Assembly (NCBI GenBank): GCA_963735595.1
Contig: CAVTLK010000001.1
Location: 800,001-864,000 of the forward strand
Length of the DNA: 64,000 nucleotides
Source: an uncultured delta proteobacterium
GTDB taxonomy: Bacteria; Desulfobacterota; Zymogenia; Zymogenales; Zymogenaceae
Direction: 5' to 3'
In this document: positions 1 through 10,061 of the stretch, piece after piece
How the letters are laid out: every line of letters starts with the position of its first letter
Position numbering within the stretch: position 1 is the stretch's first letter
Notes under the pieces: model-generated
Databases searched by the model: none
The model's input: only the letters and a program-made list of their open reading frames with translations
What the model was told of the DNA's origin: nothing
Program-made: the position numbers and the translations under genes

Positions 1-327
1 GCCGCCCGAGGGGTCCTTTACGAGACGCGCCTTGATCGCCCGGGGATGGGCTCCCTCCTTTTCGGTTATACAGAGCGACACGATTGGGCCTTCGGGCAGA
101 TCCGGCGCGAGCCGTCTGAGCGCCGCCTCGTAACCCGCCGCAAATGCGTACCCGACCCGGTCGGCCAGGAATCCCCCCGCAACGGCCCGGTCCATGGGGA
201 GCGAAAACGGTCGGGTCTTTTCGTCCAGGAGCGTCTTGAACTCGGCCAGCGATGTGATCCGCTCCCGGGAGATGTTCCGGGCGTTATCCATGAGCCAGCC
301 GATGACCTGTTGGGGATTTCGAGTCAT
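1..327 (-). CDS. Acyl-CoA dehydrogenase-like protein, N-terminal part (runs off the window)
   Basis: Not in the ORF track. Manual translation from ATG 327 is open to position 1: MTRNPQQVIGWL...AVAGGFLADRVGYAFAAGYEAALRRL...SLCITEKEGAHP. The 'LCITE..G' segment resembles the ACAD FAD-binding region. Confidence 0.55.
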   Translation of the reverse strand, partial: MTRNPQQVIGWLMDNARNISRERITSLAEFKTLLDEKTRPFSLPMDRAVAGGFLADRVGYAFAAGYEAALRRLAPDLPEGPIVSLCITEKEGAHPRAIKARLVKDPSGG

Positions 328-513
328 ACCCTGCTATCTTCTCTCGTCACGCTACCCGCGGAAAGGCCCGGCAAAAGAAGGGTCCCTCCCGGCGGTAGCG
401 CCCTACGGTCTATGCGCCCTGCGGGTCCCGTCGGCCCTATCAGCTTAATGGCCTCATGGCCTAATGGCGCGCCCGGTCGTCAAAGCGGCCCGGGCGCCGT
501 GTCCCGGTCTTTC

Positions 514-2753
514 TCACCGGGAGCGTCGGGCCGTCGTGAACGGGTCGCTCCGCATCGAGAGGGATATACGCTTGCGCGCGATATCGACCTCGATAACGGT
601 GACGCTGACCCTCTGATGCACCTTGACGACCTCGGCAGGGTCCTTTACGAAACGGTCGGCCAGCTGGCTGATGTGCACCAATCCGTCCTGATGCACCCCG
701 ATATCGACAAAGGCACCGAACGCCGTGACGTTGGTGACGACCCCCGGCAGCTTCATCCCGGCGGCGAGGTCCTCCATCGTGTTGACGCCGTCGGCAAACG
801 AGAAGGGCTCAAATTTCTCCCGCGGGTCGCGGCCGGGCCTGGCAAGCTCCGCCATGATATCCTTGAGCGTCGGCAGCCCCACGGTATCGGTGACGTATCG
901 ATCAAGCGCGATCTTCGTCCGCAGGTCTTCGTTTCCCATGAGCTCCGAGACCGAGCAGCCGAGGTCCGCGGCCATCCGGTCGACTATCGAATAGCTCTCC
1001 GGATGGACCGCGCTGGCGTCCAGCGGATTGTTGCCGTTTCTGATCCGTAAAAAGCCCGCCGCCTGTTCGAAGGCCTTGGGGCCCAGGCCGGTCACCTGCC
1101 TGATATCGTCCCGGGACGAGAAGGGGCCGTTCGTGTTTCTGAAGTCAATGATGCGTTTGGCAAGGCTCGGCCCCAATCCCGAGACGTAGGTCAGCAGCTG
1201 CTTGCTGGCGGTGTTCAGATCGACCCCCACCCCGTTGACGCAGCTTTCCACCACGTCGTCGAGGCTTTTCTTGAGCGCCCCCTGATCCACGTCGTGCTGG
1301 TACTGGCCAACCCCGATCGACTTGGGATCGATCTTGACCAGTTCCGCCAGGGGATCCATGAGCCGCCGGCCAATCGAGACCGCGCCCCGAACCGTCACGT
1401 CATAGTCGGAGAACTCCTCGCGCGCGGCCTCGGAGGCGGAATAGATGGACGCGCCCGATTCGTTGACGATAAGCACCGAGACCTGCCGTGAAAAGGAAAG
1501 GCCCTTCACGAACGATTCTGTTTCGCGGCCGGCGGTGCCGTTGCCGATGGCGATCACCTCGATCGCCGAACTTCTCAACGAGACCCTCGACGATTGTTCG
1601 CGCTTCCTCGACCCGCTGGGCCGCCCGTATGGGGGTAGATCGCTTCGTAGTGAAGGAGCTTGCCCTGGGCGTCCAGGCACACCACCTTACAGCCGGTGCG
1701 GTAGCCGGGATCGATCGCCAGGACGCTCTTTTGGCCCAACGGAGACGCCAGCAGAAGCTCCCGCACGTTTGCGGCAAAGACCCTGATCGCCTCCCCGTCG
1801 GCCCGTTCCTTGAGTGCGTTTCTGGTCTCGGTCTCGATGGAGGGGGCAAGGAGCCGCCGGTAGCCGTCATCGACCGCCTCCCCGACCTCGCGCGCGGCCT
1901 GGGTCTTGTTCTTCACGAACAGGGCCGTTACGATCCCTATCCCCTCGGGCTCGGACGGCTCAATGGTAAGCTTGAGGAATTTCTCCTTTTCACCGCGCAG
2001 CATTGCGAGGATTCGGTGCGACGGGGCGGTCTTGACCGGCTCCGTCCACTCGAAGTAATCCTTATATTTGGCCCCCTCTTCCTCTTTGCCCTCGGCCGCA
2101 CGGGAGGTGATATCCCCCTTCTCGAGGAAGAGCTCGCGGACCCGGGCCCGCGCGTCCTGGTGCTCGCTTACCATCTCGGCGATGATGTCACGGGCGCCGG
2201 CCAGCGCCTCCTCGACCGAGGCCACCCCCTTCTCCTGGTCGATATACGCGGCCGCCTCGGCCGGGACGTCCAGCGGCGGATTATCGTCCTGGGCCAGGAT
2301 CGCCAGCGCCAGCGGCTCCAGGCCCTTTTCCTTGGCGACGGTGGCCCGGGTGCGCCGTTTGGGACGGAAGGGAAGATAGATGTCTTCCAGCACCGTCATG
2401 GTCTCGGCCGCCATGATCTTTTCGTTGAGTTCATCGGTCAAAAGCCCCCGTTCGATGAGGGAGGCAAGGATCGCGGCCTTTCGCTTGTCCAGCTCAAAGA
2501 GCTGTTCGAGACGATCCCGGATGGTGGTGACGGCGACCTCGTCCAGCGAACCGGTCGCCTCTTTCCGATACCGGGCGATAAACGGAACCGTGCCCCCCTC
2601 GGCAAGGAGGTCGGCCGTCGCCCGGACCTGGCCCGCCTTGAGGGTAAGCTCCCGGGAAACCAGCGCCATGTGTTTCTCGCGGAGCTGTTCATCCGTAACC
2701 ACAACGACGTCCATCGTCGGTTTTACCTGATCTTCCATTGATTCCTTTTCCAT
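514..2753 (-). CDS. tex: Tex family transcription accessory protein with S1 domain; frameshifts at ~1620 and ~1565
   Basis: TVPFIARYRKEATGSLDE, AIDPGYRTGCK, IAIGNGTAGRET, SIGVGQYQHDV and a C-terminal S1 domain (FGAFVDIGVHQDGLVHIS), spread over three frames. Confidence 0.93.
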
Positions 2754-2787
2754 CTGATTATTCCGATCCTCTGTCTTAGTTGCGCCC

Positions 2788-3406
2788 TTATTTTATCCCT
2801 GCCTTGTTATATCCGTCGGCCAGCGACGTATTGACGTGAACGACGCCCGCGTTGAGGTTCTTGAATGCATAGTCATCGGTGATTAGCCGGCAGCCTGTCG
2901 GCCGCCGACTGATCCGTGAGGACCGTCCCGCACGGGACATAGCGGCCGTCGGCCACCGTCACGCCCAGAAGCGTACACCCCGGCTCCACCACACACCCTT
3001 TGCCGACCCTCGATTTGAACACGAGGGACTGCATCCCGATAAAGGTGTCGTCACCCACGGAGGCCGGCCCGTGGATCTGGGCCTGGTGGGCCAACGATAC
3101 GCGCTTGCCGACGTAAACGGCGCATTTCTTGCCGTTATGCTCGACGAGGTTCTTTTCAATCGCGTGCCCCTGGTGCTGGGTCTCGAGGGCATGGATAATG
3201 ACGCCGTCCTGCACGTTGGCCTCGTCATCGACCACCAGCGGCCCGCCCTCGTCTCCGCGCACCGAGGCCGCCGGCGACACCATGACCCGCCTGCCGATTA
3301 CGGCGTTGCCGATAACGGCGGCCAGCGGGTGTACATAGGCTGTTGGATCGATTGTCGGTTCCAGGGCCTTGTCGGAAAAATCGGTAACCACGTTCTTGTG
3401 TATCAT
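2788..3406 (-). CDS. Gamma-class carbonic anhydrase (Cam-like); frameshift at ~2885
   Basis: Hexapeptide beta-helix with RGDEG, NVQDGVIIH and SLAHQAQIHGP (three His ligands). The C-terminal helix ITDDYAFKNLNAGVVHVNTSLADGY continues in a shifted frame to TAA at 2788. Confidence 0.88.
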
Positions 3407-3560
3407 TTCGATCTCCTCGGTTCCACGATCAGCACGGTAGTGAGATTGGAACCCTCGTCAGTCTCGCGAGGCCGCCGCGGCGCGCCGCGGCCGGCCGTCC
3501 GTCTCGGGGGGAAAACGGCCCACCCCACTCCCAACGTGAGGCCGGGTCAATCCGGCCGGT

Positions 3561-3601
3561 ATTGTACCGGAGATGTATCGGCATGACAAGCACTTTGTCA
3601 T
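3561..3601 (-). promoter_or_regulatory. Sigma70-type promoter of the carbonic anhydrase gene with an overlapping palindrome
   Basis: Minus strand TTGTCA (3589-3584), 17-nt spacer, TACAAT (3566-3561). ATGACAA-N5-TTGTCAT (3583-3601) covers the -35 box. Confidence 0.6.
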
Positions 3602-3638
3602 ACGATCCGGTGCGGGAGAGTGACTTTTTTTCGGGTCT

Positions 3639-4490
3639 TTACCCGAAGCTGTCCATCACCCGCCTTACCGCCGCCGGGTCAAACGCCCTCTGTATCGGCG
3701 GGCCCTGAGACGATACGGGCTGGCGCTCGATAAAGGTCGGCGCCCTGTTCTTGTAGATCACGCCGATCGGGATCGTCTCGCCGAAGACGGCCGCCGTCTG
3801 TACCGCGGCCGTGAAATCGGTCGGGTCATAGCCGGGCTCCACCTCTTTGACACGTTCCTTATACCAACCGAAGGTATTGATCTTATTGAAGGAGACGCAG
3901 GGCTGGAGTACATCGACAAGGGCAAATCCCGGATAGGCTATCGCCTGCGCGAGCAGGTCACTCAGGTGATCGACCATCCCGGAAAAGCCCCGGGCGACGA
4001 AGTTGGCCCCCATCACCGTGGCCACGGCCGCGGGATTAAACGGCGCGGAAATGACCCCCATCGGCTGGGCCTTGGTGACGAAACCATCCATGCTCGTCGG
4101 GCTGGCCTGGCCCTTGGTGAGCCCGTAGACCTGGTTATTGTGGACGATGAGCGTCAGGTCAATGTTGCGCCGTACGGCCGCCAGGAAGTGGTTTCCCCCC
4201 TCACCGTATACGCATCCGTCTCCGCTCTCGGCTATGACGACCAGCTCGGGGTTGGCGATCTTGGCGCCCGTCGCCACGGGCAGCCCCCTTCCATGAAGGC
4301 CGTTGAAGACGTTGGCGTTCAGGTAGTGGGGGGCCTTTGCGGCCTGTCCGATGCCCGATACGAAGAGAACCCGGCGGGGAGAGAGGTTCATCGTGACGAG
4401 GGCCTTCTTGACCGCGTCCAGAATAGAGAAATTGCCGCACCCCGGGCACCAGGCGGTTTCATACGTCCCGAAATCATCTATAGTCACCAT
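3639..4490 (-). CDS. 2-oxoacid:ferredoxin oxidoreductase beta subunit
   Basis: WCPGCGN, TPP motif GDG...GGNHF...NNQVYGLTKGQASPT, and QPCVSFN. Confidence 0.93.
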   Translation of the reverse strand: MVTIDDFGTYETAWCPGCGNFSILDAVKKALVTMNLSPRRVLFVSGIGQAAKAPHYLNANVFNGLHGRGLPVATGAKIANPELVVIAESGDGCVYGEGGNHFLAAVRRNIDLTLIVHNNQVYGLTKGQASPTSMDGFVTKAQPMGVISAPFNPAAVATVMGANFVARGFSGMVDHLSDLLAQAIAYPGFALVDVLQPCVSFNKINTFGWYKERVKEVEPGYDPTDFTAAVQTAAVFGETIPIGVIYKNRAPTFIERQPVSSQGPPIQRAFDPAAVRRVMDSFG

Positions 4491-4503
4491 AGAACCTCTC
4501 CTC

Positions 4504-6186
4504 CTATTCGCCAATCCGCTCGGTAATAAAGGCCGCCGTTATAGGCAGGCCGTCGTATCGGAGGACTTGTTTCTGGATTATAAACCCGGTCTCCCGGGCG
4601 ATGATCCCCCCGAACTGCCCCGTGGCGTTGCTCTCGACAACCGCGACCTCTCCTGCCGCCCGCAGATACCCGATAAACTGGTCGGGCACCAGCGGCCAGA
4701 CCTGGGAGAAGGTAAGCGTCGCCGTCGCCTTTCCTCTGTCCCGGAGCCTGCGGGCGGCTTCGAGGACGGCCCCCTTGGTCGATCCCCATGATACGAGCAG
4801 CAGCTCCGGTTTCTCCGGGCCGGAATAGTCGGGAGGGGTGACCTCCCGCCTGATGCCGGCCGATTTTCTCAACCTTTTTTCCACCATGCGGGTCCTGACG
4901 TCCATTTCTTCGGTTATGTGCCCGTCTTCGGTATGTTCGTCGCTGTCGGCCACAACCAGGTGTTCCGATGTCCCCGGCAGCAGCCGGGGCGAGACCCCGC
5001 TCTCGGTGACCTCGTATCGCCGGTAGGGGACCGAGAGGGGGGCATCCGCGATACCCGACGGGGCTTCGCGAAGCGCCGCGTCGTCAAACGGCTCCACGGC
5101 CTGGTAGGAATCGGCCAGGTATTGATCCGTCAGGATGAAGACCGGCCCCTGAAAGCGCGCCGCTGTCTCGAAGGCCTTTCGGGTGAGGTGAAAACACTCC
5201 GGGATATCCCCGGGGGCAAAGACCGGCCGCGCAAATTCGCCGTGTCCGGCGTGTATCACGAAAGTCAGCTCTCCCTGTTCGGTGCGCGTTGGAAGCCCCG
5301 TGGCCGGGCCGGGCCGCTGGCCGATAACGACCACCACCGGGGTTTCGGTCATCCCCGCCAGCGATACGCCCTCCGTCATGAGGGCAAATCCGCCTCCGGA
5401 GGTAGGGACAATGGCCGGCGCCCCCGCGTACGAGGCGCCGATGGCCATGTTGATCGCGGCGATTTCGTCCTCGGCCTGTTCGACCGCGACTCCCGCCTTC
5501 GAGCCCCATTCAACCAGGTTGAGTGCGACGGAGGTTGACGGGGTCATGGGATAAAAGGAACAGAAACGCACGCCGGCGGCCAGCGCCCCGAGGGCGATGC
5601 CGTCGTTGCCGTTCATCATGAGGTATTGATCCGGCACGCCCGCATCGGGCAATCCGAGCGGCTTAACCGACTGCCGGGCCGCCCAGTCGGCGGAGGCCTT
5701 CAGCACCCGGAGGTTGGCCTCCAGGACGGCCGGTTCTTTCTTGCCGAAAACTTCGGCCAGTGCCCGGGCTATCGCCTCCTCTTTCAGGCCCAGGAGCACG
5801 CCAAGCACCCCCAGGGCCACGGTGTTCTCGTATCGTTTCTCACCCAGCTGCCGATAGGGAACGGCGAGAAACGAGTCGCCCGTTGTCCCGAAGGCCTCAT
5901 CGACAATGATGACGGTACGGGGATTCATCTGCGGCCGGTGGATGTCGACGCTGGCCTTATCCATGGCAACAAGGAGGTCGATCGTTTCGGCGGGCCCGTA
6001 CGCGTCGTCCGGGACGACGCGGACGGCAAAGCTGTTGTGCCCGCCGCGGATTCGTGACTGATAGTCCTGTGAAACGACGATGTGGTACCCGCTCCTGACC
6101 AGGATCTTTGACAGCAGCGTACCGATCGTCACCAGGCCCTGTCCCGCCTCCCCACCGATGACGATGGTTCGGTCATTGTCTTGCAT
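4504..6186 (-). CDS. 2-oxoacid:ferredoxin oxidoreductase alpha subunit (fused gamma-alpha)
   Basis: GGEAGQG, SRIRGGHN, FYPMTPS, QAEDEIAA, TSGGGFALM and QRPGPATGLPT. AGGAG upstream of ATG 6186. Confidence 0.93.
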   Translation of the reverse strand: MQDNDRTIVIGGEAGQGLVTIGTLLSKILVRSGYHIVVSQDYQSRIRGGHNSFAVRVVPDDAYGPAETIDLLVAMDKASVDIHRPQMNPRTVIIVDEAFGTTGDSFLAVPYRQLGEKRYENTVALGVLGVLLGLKEEAIARALAEVFGKKEPAVLEANLRVLKASADWAARQSVKPLGLPDAGVPDQYLMMNGNDGIALGALAAGVRFCSFYPMTPSTSVALNLVEWGSKAGVAVEQAEDEIAAINMAIGASYAGAPAIVPTSGGGFALMTEGVSLAGMTETPVVVVIGQRPGPATGLPTRTEQGELTFVIHAGHGEFARPVFAPGDIPECFHLTRKAFETAARFQGPVFILTDQYLADSYQAVEPFDDAALREAPSGIADAPLSVPYRRYEVTESGVSPRLLPGTSEHLVVADSDEHTEDGHITEEMDVRTRMVEKRLRKSAGIRREVTPPDYSGPEKPELLLVSWGSTKGAVLEAARRLRDRGKATATLTFSQVWPLVPDQFIGYLRAAGEVAVVESNATGQFGGIIARETGFIIQKQVLRYDGLPITAAFITERIGE

Positions 6187-6302
6187 GGCTCTCTCCTCAG
6201 AAAGGAAAAACATCATGCCGGGCGCCCGACGGGGAACCCGCGGCCGAAAGGGGCCTATACCCTGCGCTTTACGAATTAGTCGATCGATTATTCGACATAT
6301 TT

Positions 6303-6331
6303 AGTTTATAGTACAAGTCCCCTTCCGTCAA
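6303..6331 (-). promoter_or_regulatory. Sigma70-type promoter of the oxidoreductase operon
   Basis: Minus strand TTGACG, 17-nt spacer, TAAACT. Confidence 0.5.
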
Positions 6332-6406
6332 GAGTCGGCAGCGATCGTTGCATTACAGTTCACGTACGGTGATACGGGAATCCGTATCCGGCAAATGCCT
6401 TTGTCC

Positions 6407-6435
6407 TTGACAGATATTGCCCGTATCTCTATAAT
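6407..6435 (+). promoter_or_regulatory. Consensus sigma70 promoter upstream of glpD
   Basis: Exact TTGACA, 17-nt spacer, TATAAT. Confidence 0.75.
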
Positions 6436-6612
6436 TCCTATAATTTGATCTGCCGCGTTCGATACGCACGTCTCAAAGAAGGGGGCTTCGCGGACCGGCT
6501 ATCTCACCGATTACTCGGAACGGATCATAACGTTAGGCCGTTTGAATCCGGGTACCGAAGACCGCGGGGACGTCTCCCGGTCCATTCGGCTTTTTCCCGA
6601 CAAGGTAGTGAC

Positions 6613-8268
6613 ATGAACAATCAGTATCGTCTTAAATCCTGGAGCGCCCGAGACCGGGCCGCTTATCTTAAAGAGCTGTCCGAAACCACCTACGACGTCC
6701 TGATCATCGGCGGGGGGATCACCGGCGCCGGGGTCCTCCGGGCCTGCGGGCTGGCCGGCATCCGTGCCGCCCTCATCGAGAAGGAGGACTTCGCCTTCGG
6801 GACCTCCTCCAAGAGCACCCGTCTGGCGCACGGCGGCGCCCGTTACATCGCCAACGGCGAGTTCGGCCTCGTCTGGGAGGAAACTCACGAGCGGGACTGG
6901 ATACGCGGCGCGCTGCCCAACCTGGCTCCGCCCGTTCCCATTATCCGCGCCAATTACAACACGATCGAGTCGGGCGTCATGCGCGCCTATTTTACCGTCT
7001 ATGACGCCCTGTCAGGCTTCGGCAATTACCGGAGAACCCATCACCTCTCCCTCTCACAGGTACTCAAACGGGAGCCAAACATTAAGTTCCCGAAGCTCCA
7101 TTCGGGAGAGCTCATGTACGAGTGCATCATCAACGACGCCCGGCTGACTCTCGAGATCGTCAAGGAGGGCATGCGCCTCGGCGGAGCTACCATGAACTAC
7201 CTGAAGGCCCTGAGGATCGTCTACCGGGGCGGCAGGGCCGCAGGGGTCGAGGCCGAGGACCGGTTGACCGGAAAAGTCGTAACCATCCCCGCCCGAAACG
7301 TCGTCAACGCCTCCGGTCCCTGGACCGACGAGCTGCTCCCCCCCGGAAAGCCGCACCTTATCCGACCGAGCAAGGGGGTCCATATAGTGCTGAAGCGGGA
7401 GTCCATCGGCAATCAGGCGGGACTCTTAGTACAGAGCCCGGTAGACAAAAGGAGCGCATTTGTCCTGGCCCACGGCGACTACACCTACCTCGGCACCACC
7501 GACACCGAATACTCGGGCGATCTGGACGAGTGCTACGCCGAGGCCAAGGAGTATGAGTATTTCAAGGGAATCGTTGATCACGCCTTCCCCGACGCGCATT
7601 TCAAACCGGGCGACCTCGTCGGCAGTTACGCGGGCAACCGCCCCCTCGTGAAAGAAGAGGGCGTCTCGGAGTCGAAGACGTCCCGGAAGGAATTCGTCGA
7701 TGAGCCGGCGCCGGGCCTCTTCGTTTTGACCGGCGGCAAGCTCACCATCTTTCGTACGATGGCCGATAAGCTCCTTGCCTATATGCAGGCGCACGGCGCC
7801 CCGAACGTTACGCCCGCCAAAAAGGGAGTATCCCGGACCCCGTTTCCCATCGGCATCAGCCGGGTGCGGTGGGACGCCGAGGCGCCGCGCACCGCACTTG
7901 ATGCAACAACGGTCGAGCATATCTTCCGCAACTACGGGAGGGGCGGGTTTGCCATCCTCGAATCGGTCGCGAAAGACTCCTCCCTCGGGCAGCGCATCAC
8001 GCCCGACCAGCCCTACATCCAGGCCGAGCTCGATTATTGCGTGGACTACGAGATGATCACCAGGGTCAAGGATTTTCTGCTGCGGCGCACCAATCTCTCC
8101 CTCCACCGGCGTGACGGCCACCGGGAGCTGGGAGAGGCGGTCGCGCGGCGCATGGCAAAACACCTCGGGTGGGACGCGGGCCGCATCAGGCAGGAGACCG
8201 ACGACTATGTCGATATCGCCCACAAGAACAGGTTCTTCCTGAAGGAACCGCTGAAGAAGGCGAAGTAA
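6613..8268 (+). CDS. glpD: FAD-dependent glycerol-3-phosphate dehydrogenase/oxidase
   Basis: IIGGGITGAG, DFAFGTSSKSTRLAHGGARY, NASGPW, RPSKGVH, TGGKLT and DFLLRRT. Confidence 0.85.
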   Translation: MNNQYRLKSWSARDRAAYLKELSETTYDVLIIGGGITGAGVLRACGLAGIRAALIEKEDFAFGTSSKSTRLAHGGARYIANGEFGLVWEETHERDWIRGALPNLAPPVPIIRANYNTIESGVMRAYFTVYDALSGFGNYRRTHHLSLSQVLKREPNIKFPKLHSGELMYECIINDARLTLEIVKEGMRLGGATMNYLKALRIVYRGGRAAGVEAEDRLTGKVVTIPARNVVNASGPWTDELLPPGKPHLIRPSKGVHIVLKRESIGNQAGLLVQSPVDKRSAFVLAHGDYTYLGTTDTEYSGDLDECYAEAKEYEYFKGIVDHAFPDAHFKPGDLVGSYAGNRPLVKEEGVSESKTSRKEFVDEPAPGLFVLTGGKLTIFRTMADKLLAYMQAHGAPNVTPAKKGVSRTPFPIGISRVRWDAEAPRTALDATTVEHIFRNYGRGGFAILESVAKDSSLGQRITPDQPYIQAELDYCVDYEMITRVKDFLLRRTNLSLHRRDGHRELGEAVARRMAKHLGWDAGRIRQETDDYVDIAHKNRFFLKEPLKKAK

Positions 8269-8531
8269 CGGTCGATCCCGGCGAGAGCCCGCCGATCATT
8301 CGGATGGTCTTTGGCATAGGAACTCTTCTCCTCTTTTTCCCTCTTCTTCGTGTCTTTGTGCCTCTGTGGTGAAATCCTGAAGGTGCGGGAAAGAGAGAAA
8401 ACCACAAAGACACAAAGGCACAAAGAAGGCGACGGGATTCCCGTCAATAAGAAACTACCCCAATAACCCCCGCACATTTGCCGTCGCCAGCACGTGCTCG
8501 GCGATGTCGCCGATCTTGCCGGCCTTGAGGT
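8265..8531 (-). repeat. Inverted, diverged copy of the ppcA 3' end, intergenic region and racemase 5' end (12868-13089)
   Basis: Reverse complement of 8394-8530 matches 12869-13005 with 9 mismatches in 137 nt. Reverse complement of 8265-8318 matches 13036-13089 with 7 mismatches in 54 nt (manual counts). Confidence 0.95.
8343..8428. repeat. REP-like palindrome built from 8-nt CTTTGTGY units
   Basis: Arms 8343-8370 and 8401-8428 are complementary at 24 of 28 positions. A single arm recurs at 12971-12998. Confidence 0.8.
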
Positions 8532-8581
8532 TATTCGCATTAAAGTCCGGCCGGGGATCGAGTTACGGAGATGGAGGCAGT

Positions 8582-8956
8582 ATGAAGACGTGTATCGAGG
8601 CCGAGGGTCTTCCCAAAGCCGGGCCCTATTCCCACGCGGTCAGGGTTGGTGATTTGATCTTTGTCTCCGGCAACGTTGCCTTTGACCCGGAGACCGGAAA
8701 GGCCGTAAAGGGAGATATCCCCAGGGCCACCGGCGTCATCCTTTCAAATATAGGCCGTATCCTGGCGGCGGCCGGCTCCGATCTCTCGAAGGTCGTCAAG
8801 ACAACAGTCTTTCTGACCGATATGGGGACGTTCTCACAGATGAACGAGGTCTACGGGAAGGTCTTTGCGGCCGACCCCCCCGCTCGCAGCACGGTCGGTG
8901 TTAGGGAACTGCCGGGCGGATACGACATCGAGATCGAGGTAATCGCGGGGGTATAG
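8582..8956 (+). CDS. ridA: RidA/YjgF family enamine-imine deaminase
   Basis: GPYSHAV, VVKTTVFL, MNEVY and PPARSTVGV..LP...IEIE. GGAGG RBS. Confidence 0.9.
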   Translation: MKTCIEAEGLPKAGPYSHAVRVGDLIFVSGNVAFDPETGKAVKGDIPRATGVILSNIGRILAAAGSDLSKVVKTTVFLTDMGTFSQMNEVYGKVFAADPPARSTVGVRELPGGYDIEIEVIAGV

Positions 8957-9018
8957 CCCCCCGCGCTGTCCAACCCGCCGCGCCTCACGCGGGGCCGCCT
9001 GCTTCCTGCGCGGGCCCC

Positions 9019-9786
9019 TTATTTCGGGGCCATGCGAACCGCCCCGTCAAGCCTGATCGTCTCGCCGTTGAGGTACGGATTGTTCACGATCTCCCGCACG
9101 AGGCTGGCAAACTCATCGATCTTTCCCGTCCGCCGCGGAAACGGTATCGATTCGGAGAGACGCTTCATGTGCTCCTCGGGAAGCATGTTGGTCAGCGGCG
9201 TCCAGAAGAAACCGGGGGCGATCGCCATCACCCTGATCCCTAATCCCGAGAGGTCGCGCGCCATGGGCAGCGTCATCCCCGCTACCCCGGCCTTGGATGC
9301 GGCGTATGCGGCCTGGCCGATCTGACCCTCGAAGGCGGCCACACTGGCCACGTTGATAATCACGCCCCGCTCGCCTTCCTCGTTTGGCTCGTTGGTGCTC
9401 ATGAGAGAAGCCGCCTTGCTGGCCACGTTGAACGTACCCACGAGGTTGAGCTTTATGAGCCACTCGAAGGACTTGAGGGGGTGTGGTCCCTCCTTGGAAA
9501 TAGTCCGCTGGGCCATCCCGGTGCCCGCGCAGCTCACCAGGCAGTGAATCAAGCCGAACCGCTTGACTACCGACGACAGCGCCCGGCTTGTGTCTTCATC
9601 GTCGGTGATGTCGGTCTTGACAAAAAACGCGCCGGGTCCGAGCTCTTTCTCGAGCTCTGCTCCCCGCTGCTCGTTGATATCCATGATCGCGACGTTCGCC
9701 CCCTCGGAATGTAACATCCGGACGGTGCCCTCTCCCAGCCCGGAGGCCCCTCCCGTCACAACGGCAGTTTTCTTGGCAATCTGCAT
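9019..9786 (-). CDS. SDR, 3-hydroxyacyl-CoA dehydrogenase type 2 (HSD10-like)
   Basis: TGGASGLG, ASVAAFEGQIGQAAYAASK and NPYLNGETIRLDGAVRM. Confidence 0.9.
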   Translation of the reverse strand: MQIAKKTAVVTGGASGLGEGTVRMLHSEGANVAIMDINEQRGAELEKELGPGAFFVKTDITDDEDTSRALSSVVKRFGLIHCLVSCAGTGMAQRTISKEGPHPLKSFEWLIKLNLVGTFNVASKAASLMSTNEPNEEGERGVIINVASVAAFEGQIGQAAYAASKAGVAGMTLPMARDLSGLGIRVMAIAPGFFWTPLTNMLPEEHMKRLSESIPFPRRTGKIDEFASLVREIVNNPYLNGETIRLDGAVRMAPK

Positions 9787-10061
9787 TGGTCCCCCCATAG
9801 TTTAATGTATCAGCCGTCTATCCCTCATGCTTTCGAAGCCCGGTTGCGGTTCGTGGCGTAGTGTGATCCAAAGACCCCGGCGCATGATACGCGTACGATA
9901 CCCGCTCCCGGTCTATTTGTCAAAAAAAAGCGAAGGCATGCCGCGTTTTTCACGCGCGGCCCGTGTCCGTTTTCGCCGCATTGGCGCAATAGTCCCGATT
10001 AACGCGCCGCGGCTCAATAACTCTTGACTTGAGCCCCCGTATGTCGTAGAATTTTGACATT

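Noticed and set aside
2873..2875. Selenocysteine read-through at premature TGA codons (also 56998-57000 and ~34643)
   Set aside because: Homologous sequence continues in a different frame, so these stops result from frameshifts.
8186..8540. Small ORFs 8186-8413, 8205-8540 and 8169-8372
   Set aside because: They are by-products of the inverted ppcA-racemase copy and the palindrome.
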